From Zygnema circumcarinatum SAG 698-1b (taxonomy: Eukaryota > Plantae > Zygnematophyceae), in NCBI GenBank assembly GCA_037447605.1, contig CM074805.1, forward strand, positions 3,133,361 to 3,197,360: 64,000 nucleotides of DNA. Direction: 5' to 3'. This document shows positions 61,227-64,000 of the stretch, in pieces (the stretch's first letter is position 1; every line of letters starts with the position of its first letter). A model generated the notes under the pieces. The model did no database searches, had not been told where the DNA came from, and saw nothing but the letters and a program-made list of their open reading frames with translations. The translations under genes and the position numbers were made by a program.

Positions 61227-63053
61227 CTAGGCATCAAACCCAGAATAGACCCCTGAATCTCGCAGCAGCCGCTTCTCCTCTTCAACGTAACTCTTGCCAC
61301 GACTAGCCTGCCCCAAATCCCTTTTTCGTTTTTCTTTTTGAGAAAAAGATATTAGTTTCCTCTCTGCAGCTGCATCCATTCTTTGCTTCTTCACGGCTTC
61401 TCTCTCCCTAATGGCTTCCGCTGCTACCTGAAATAGAAACATCACTTGGCAACGGAGTTATAATTCATGAATAAGTGCAATTCTAAACTGCAAAGGACTC
61501 ATCCAGTAGATGCTGCAGTAGAAACATTCCAAAATAGTCTTGACTACCAACCATATGTAACCAAAATCATCCTGACTCGCACTAATCTTCTCCATTTCCA
61601 AATCAAAATTGAAAGAACCATAGAAACCTGTAATATATAATTTTGTCGTATCCATCCCACTATTATTGTTAACATTGAAGGACTGGCAGAGGGATTTGAC
61701 GCTAAAAAATAGTTTCAAATTGTATTCAAAACCCAATGCAAACGAACACTGCATCACTTACAACTACAGAATGACAAGCAAGAAAATGGAAGCCCTCACT
61801 ATGAAAAAACTGAACCCTTTAATTGATGCACCACTTCTAACACTTAACTTGGCTATGCTATACCCATGTGACTGGACAGCATCGTGTTACCAAACTTAAC
61901 GAACGGCACTCGGTCGAGGGAACATGGTTACATGCTTAAAAAATGTTCAACAGACGCTACTTGCCGCTACTTAATCAACCGTTCTGACCATCGCATGAGA
62001 CTGTTGGTACTGATGACTAAGCTGGGGTGACAAAGAGCCACCCAAATCCATCTGTGCATTGCCCTCCAGTTGCATACAAATGACTTTTATGACGGACACA
62101 AATTTTGGACACTTTCAGGAAAAGGGAAAACAAAGAGTTCAATTTCTTTGTCCCAAAAAACGGAGATCAATCGATATCAATCAATCGATCAAGACAGACT
62201 ACAATTATCCTTGTAAGCGCATCTCTTAAATGAAAACCAGTATGCACTGTTACTGGTGCAACTTTCGATCGCACCCTCCCATGTGTCGCTGCAGAAAAAT
62301 AGCCGAGCCCCAAAATACAGAGTCGTATAGGCGCACAAGGGAGATGAGAAATACTTCTCAAACTTATAGAACTCCTATATACACACGAAAGCAAACGCAT
62401 AGTTGAGGTTTACCTCTATACTCCCCTCGTTTGCAATGTGGCGCAGCTTTTCCCTCTCCGCAAAGGACTCCTCTTGTTCCTCCTCCGGGCCTTTACGCTT
62501 TCCTTGACTCCAATCCCACGACTGCTCCGATTCAGTTGTTTTTGGAGGAGGCACATAAAGTATGGAGGGGCCGCCTCGGTAGCCATGCTTGCTCAAAGCC
62601 TCATAGTCGAGTACCTGCTTTCTCGACACGACCTTCATATCAACTTCAGCCTCCTCTGACGTCTCATCTGCAGTGCCAAGAGATCGGATGTAAATAAAGG
62701 ATACAAATATCGCCTTACATATGTTTTTGAAAATTTTAAAAACAGCCCTGGAAAAGAGAAACCATGCGTGTTCTTGAACAGAAACCAGATCGAAGCAGCA
62801 TGTAACAAAAACACTGTTGTGCCAAAGCTCAACAAAGACCTATTCGTTGAGCCAGCCAGCTTCTTTCTCCAGTGCCTCCTTCAGAACATCATGTTTAGCA
62901 GGAAGTCAACCAGTCCATATTCATACCAGAATGCCCAGCGCCTTCGCCGCTTTTGCAAACTCCTTTCTCCTCTTCCTCTTGATCTCTTCCTTCCTCATCT
63001 GAATCATCTTCCAGCCCCGCCAAGGGATCCATCGCCTTCCATGGCTGAGCCAT
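61227..63053 (-). CDS. Conserved uncharacterised charged protein (plant family often labelled UPF0690/C1orf52-like); at least three exons
   Basis: MAQPWKAMDPLAGLEDDSDEE../DYEALSKHGYRGGPSILYVPPP..WDWSQGK..ESFAEREKLR/SFSQKEKRKRDLGQASRGKSYVEEEKRLLRDSGVYSGFDA*. The family motif is recalled from plants; the name is less certain than the gene. Confidence 0.8.
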
Positions 63054-63425
63054 TCCTCCACTCCAGGCAGCAATGAGACCCTCCCTCGCCTTCTCTCCCC
63101 CAAGGGAATTTCTTTCCGCTCGTCCGAGGCAGATCAGAGATCAACAGGTACAGTATCTCCAAACGTATGTGGACCCACGGGCCCACTCGTTCCCGATCCA
63201 CCATCGATTATCTGTAGACGAACAATCTACGGTGTAATGGGGTGGAATCTGGCCTCAGCGAGTCTATCAACCGTCCGATTCAAAAGTTGAACCAACGCAA
63301 TGGGGCAGGTGACTGGCGGGTAACAGTTGCACGCCAGCCAATGGCGAAAGTGTAAAGGTTGATCTTTGACCCCGTTGCGTGCGTGCTTAACGTTGCAAGC
63401 ACCCGCTCGTCGGAGGGCGGGAGCC

Positions 63426-63760
63426 ATGGCTGCCCAGTGAAGTGACTTTTTTAAACGCTGAGGAAGGAGAAAGGAGTGGGGAAGGAAAGGAGGGAAGGTT
63501 GCAAGTTTGAGGGGGAGAGGGGGGGGGGGGAGGGGGGGAGAATTTTTTGAACTTCTGCAGCCATGATTCCTATCAGCAACTTCGAGCAGCATGGAAAGAA
63601 GGTTTTGGACCCTGAAACAAGTGCGCTCTCACTTTCCTCAATCTCCTTTTCTATCCCCCGCTTGAATAATGCAGGAATCATTTGGTGTTTTGTTCAGGTT
63701 TTTATGATCATTGAAGAATATCATGACTTGTATAAGTTCAAAAAAATCGTGAGGAACATA
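63426..63760 (+). other. Possible 5' end of a spliced + strand gene divergent from the preceding gene
   Basis: GCCATGG at 63426, acceptors at 63560 and 63697, donors at about 63601 and 63750. The reading frame and product could not be established. Confidence 0.2.
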
Positions 63761-64000
63761 CCTTACAGCTACGTTTTAGAGAATATGGGGATGGTTTTTT
63801 ATCAATAGGCCCTATACCAGCACAATTTAAGCTGAAAGCATTTATTCCATTGTTTTGAGTGAACACAAAACGGAACATGGGCTGTTCGCTGGCAATAAAC
63901 CGAAACATTCAGCTAAAGTTAGCGACTTGATAATAATGTTTGCGTTTTAAAGATCCCTGTTACATCTAAAAGTGGCCAAAGGCAGGGATAAAGGTTTTGG

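Overview
Gene-dense eukaryotic nuclear DNA with GT-AG introns and plant-type proteins, most consistent with a streptophyte green alga or early land plant (inference; species not determinable here). Thirteen intron-containing genes could be assembled by hand with consistent splice phases. They are pyruvate decarboxylase (5' part), a GLG1/ESL-1-type Cys-rich Golgi protein, an INSIG-domain plastid-type membrane protein, peroxisomal MFP, TOM9/TOM22, thioredoxin h, CPYC glutaredoxin, a cyanobacterial-type NAD(P)-binding protein, a 464-aa seven-exon gene with no family I recognise, MsrA, thioredoxin-like 4, ANP32 and YY1. A conserved uncharacterised protein and a two-exon 237-aa unknown gene were also found. 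Many genes lie head-to-head across GC/CpG-rich spacers full of motif arrays and simple repeats. The most notable observations are: (i) an apparent +1 frameshift inside the conserved YY1 N-terminal motif, plus an L-to-R change in the core of zinc finger 3; (ii) a CCAAT-N10-CACGT (ERSE-like) composite element in three separate spacers, near plastid/redox rather than ER-chaperone genes; (iii) two diverged copies of a small TA-flanked MITE; (iv) two head-to-head thiol-redox gene pairs within 23 kb; (v) the orphan gene with a duplicated RWALPT(D/E)L motif; (vi) a palindromic CAATGGTT/AACCATTG array, GTAC clusters, an interstitial (TTAGGG)7 tract and a >400-bp pure-purine G tract. I found no CRISPR array, rRNA, tRNA or autonomous transposon. 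Two 10-N gaps lie in G-rich tracts. Homology calls come from remembered family motifs, not database searches.
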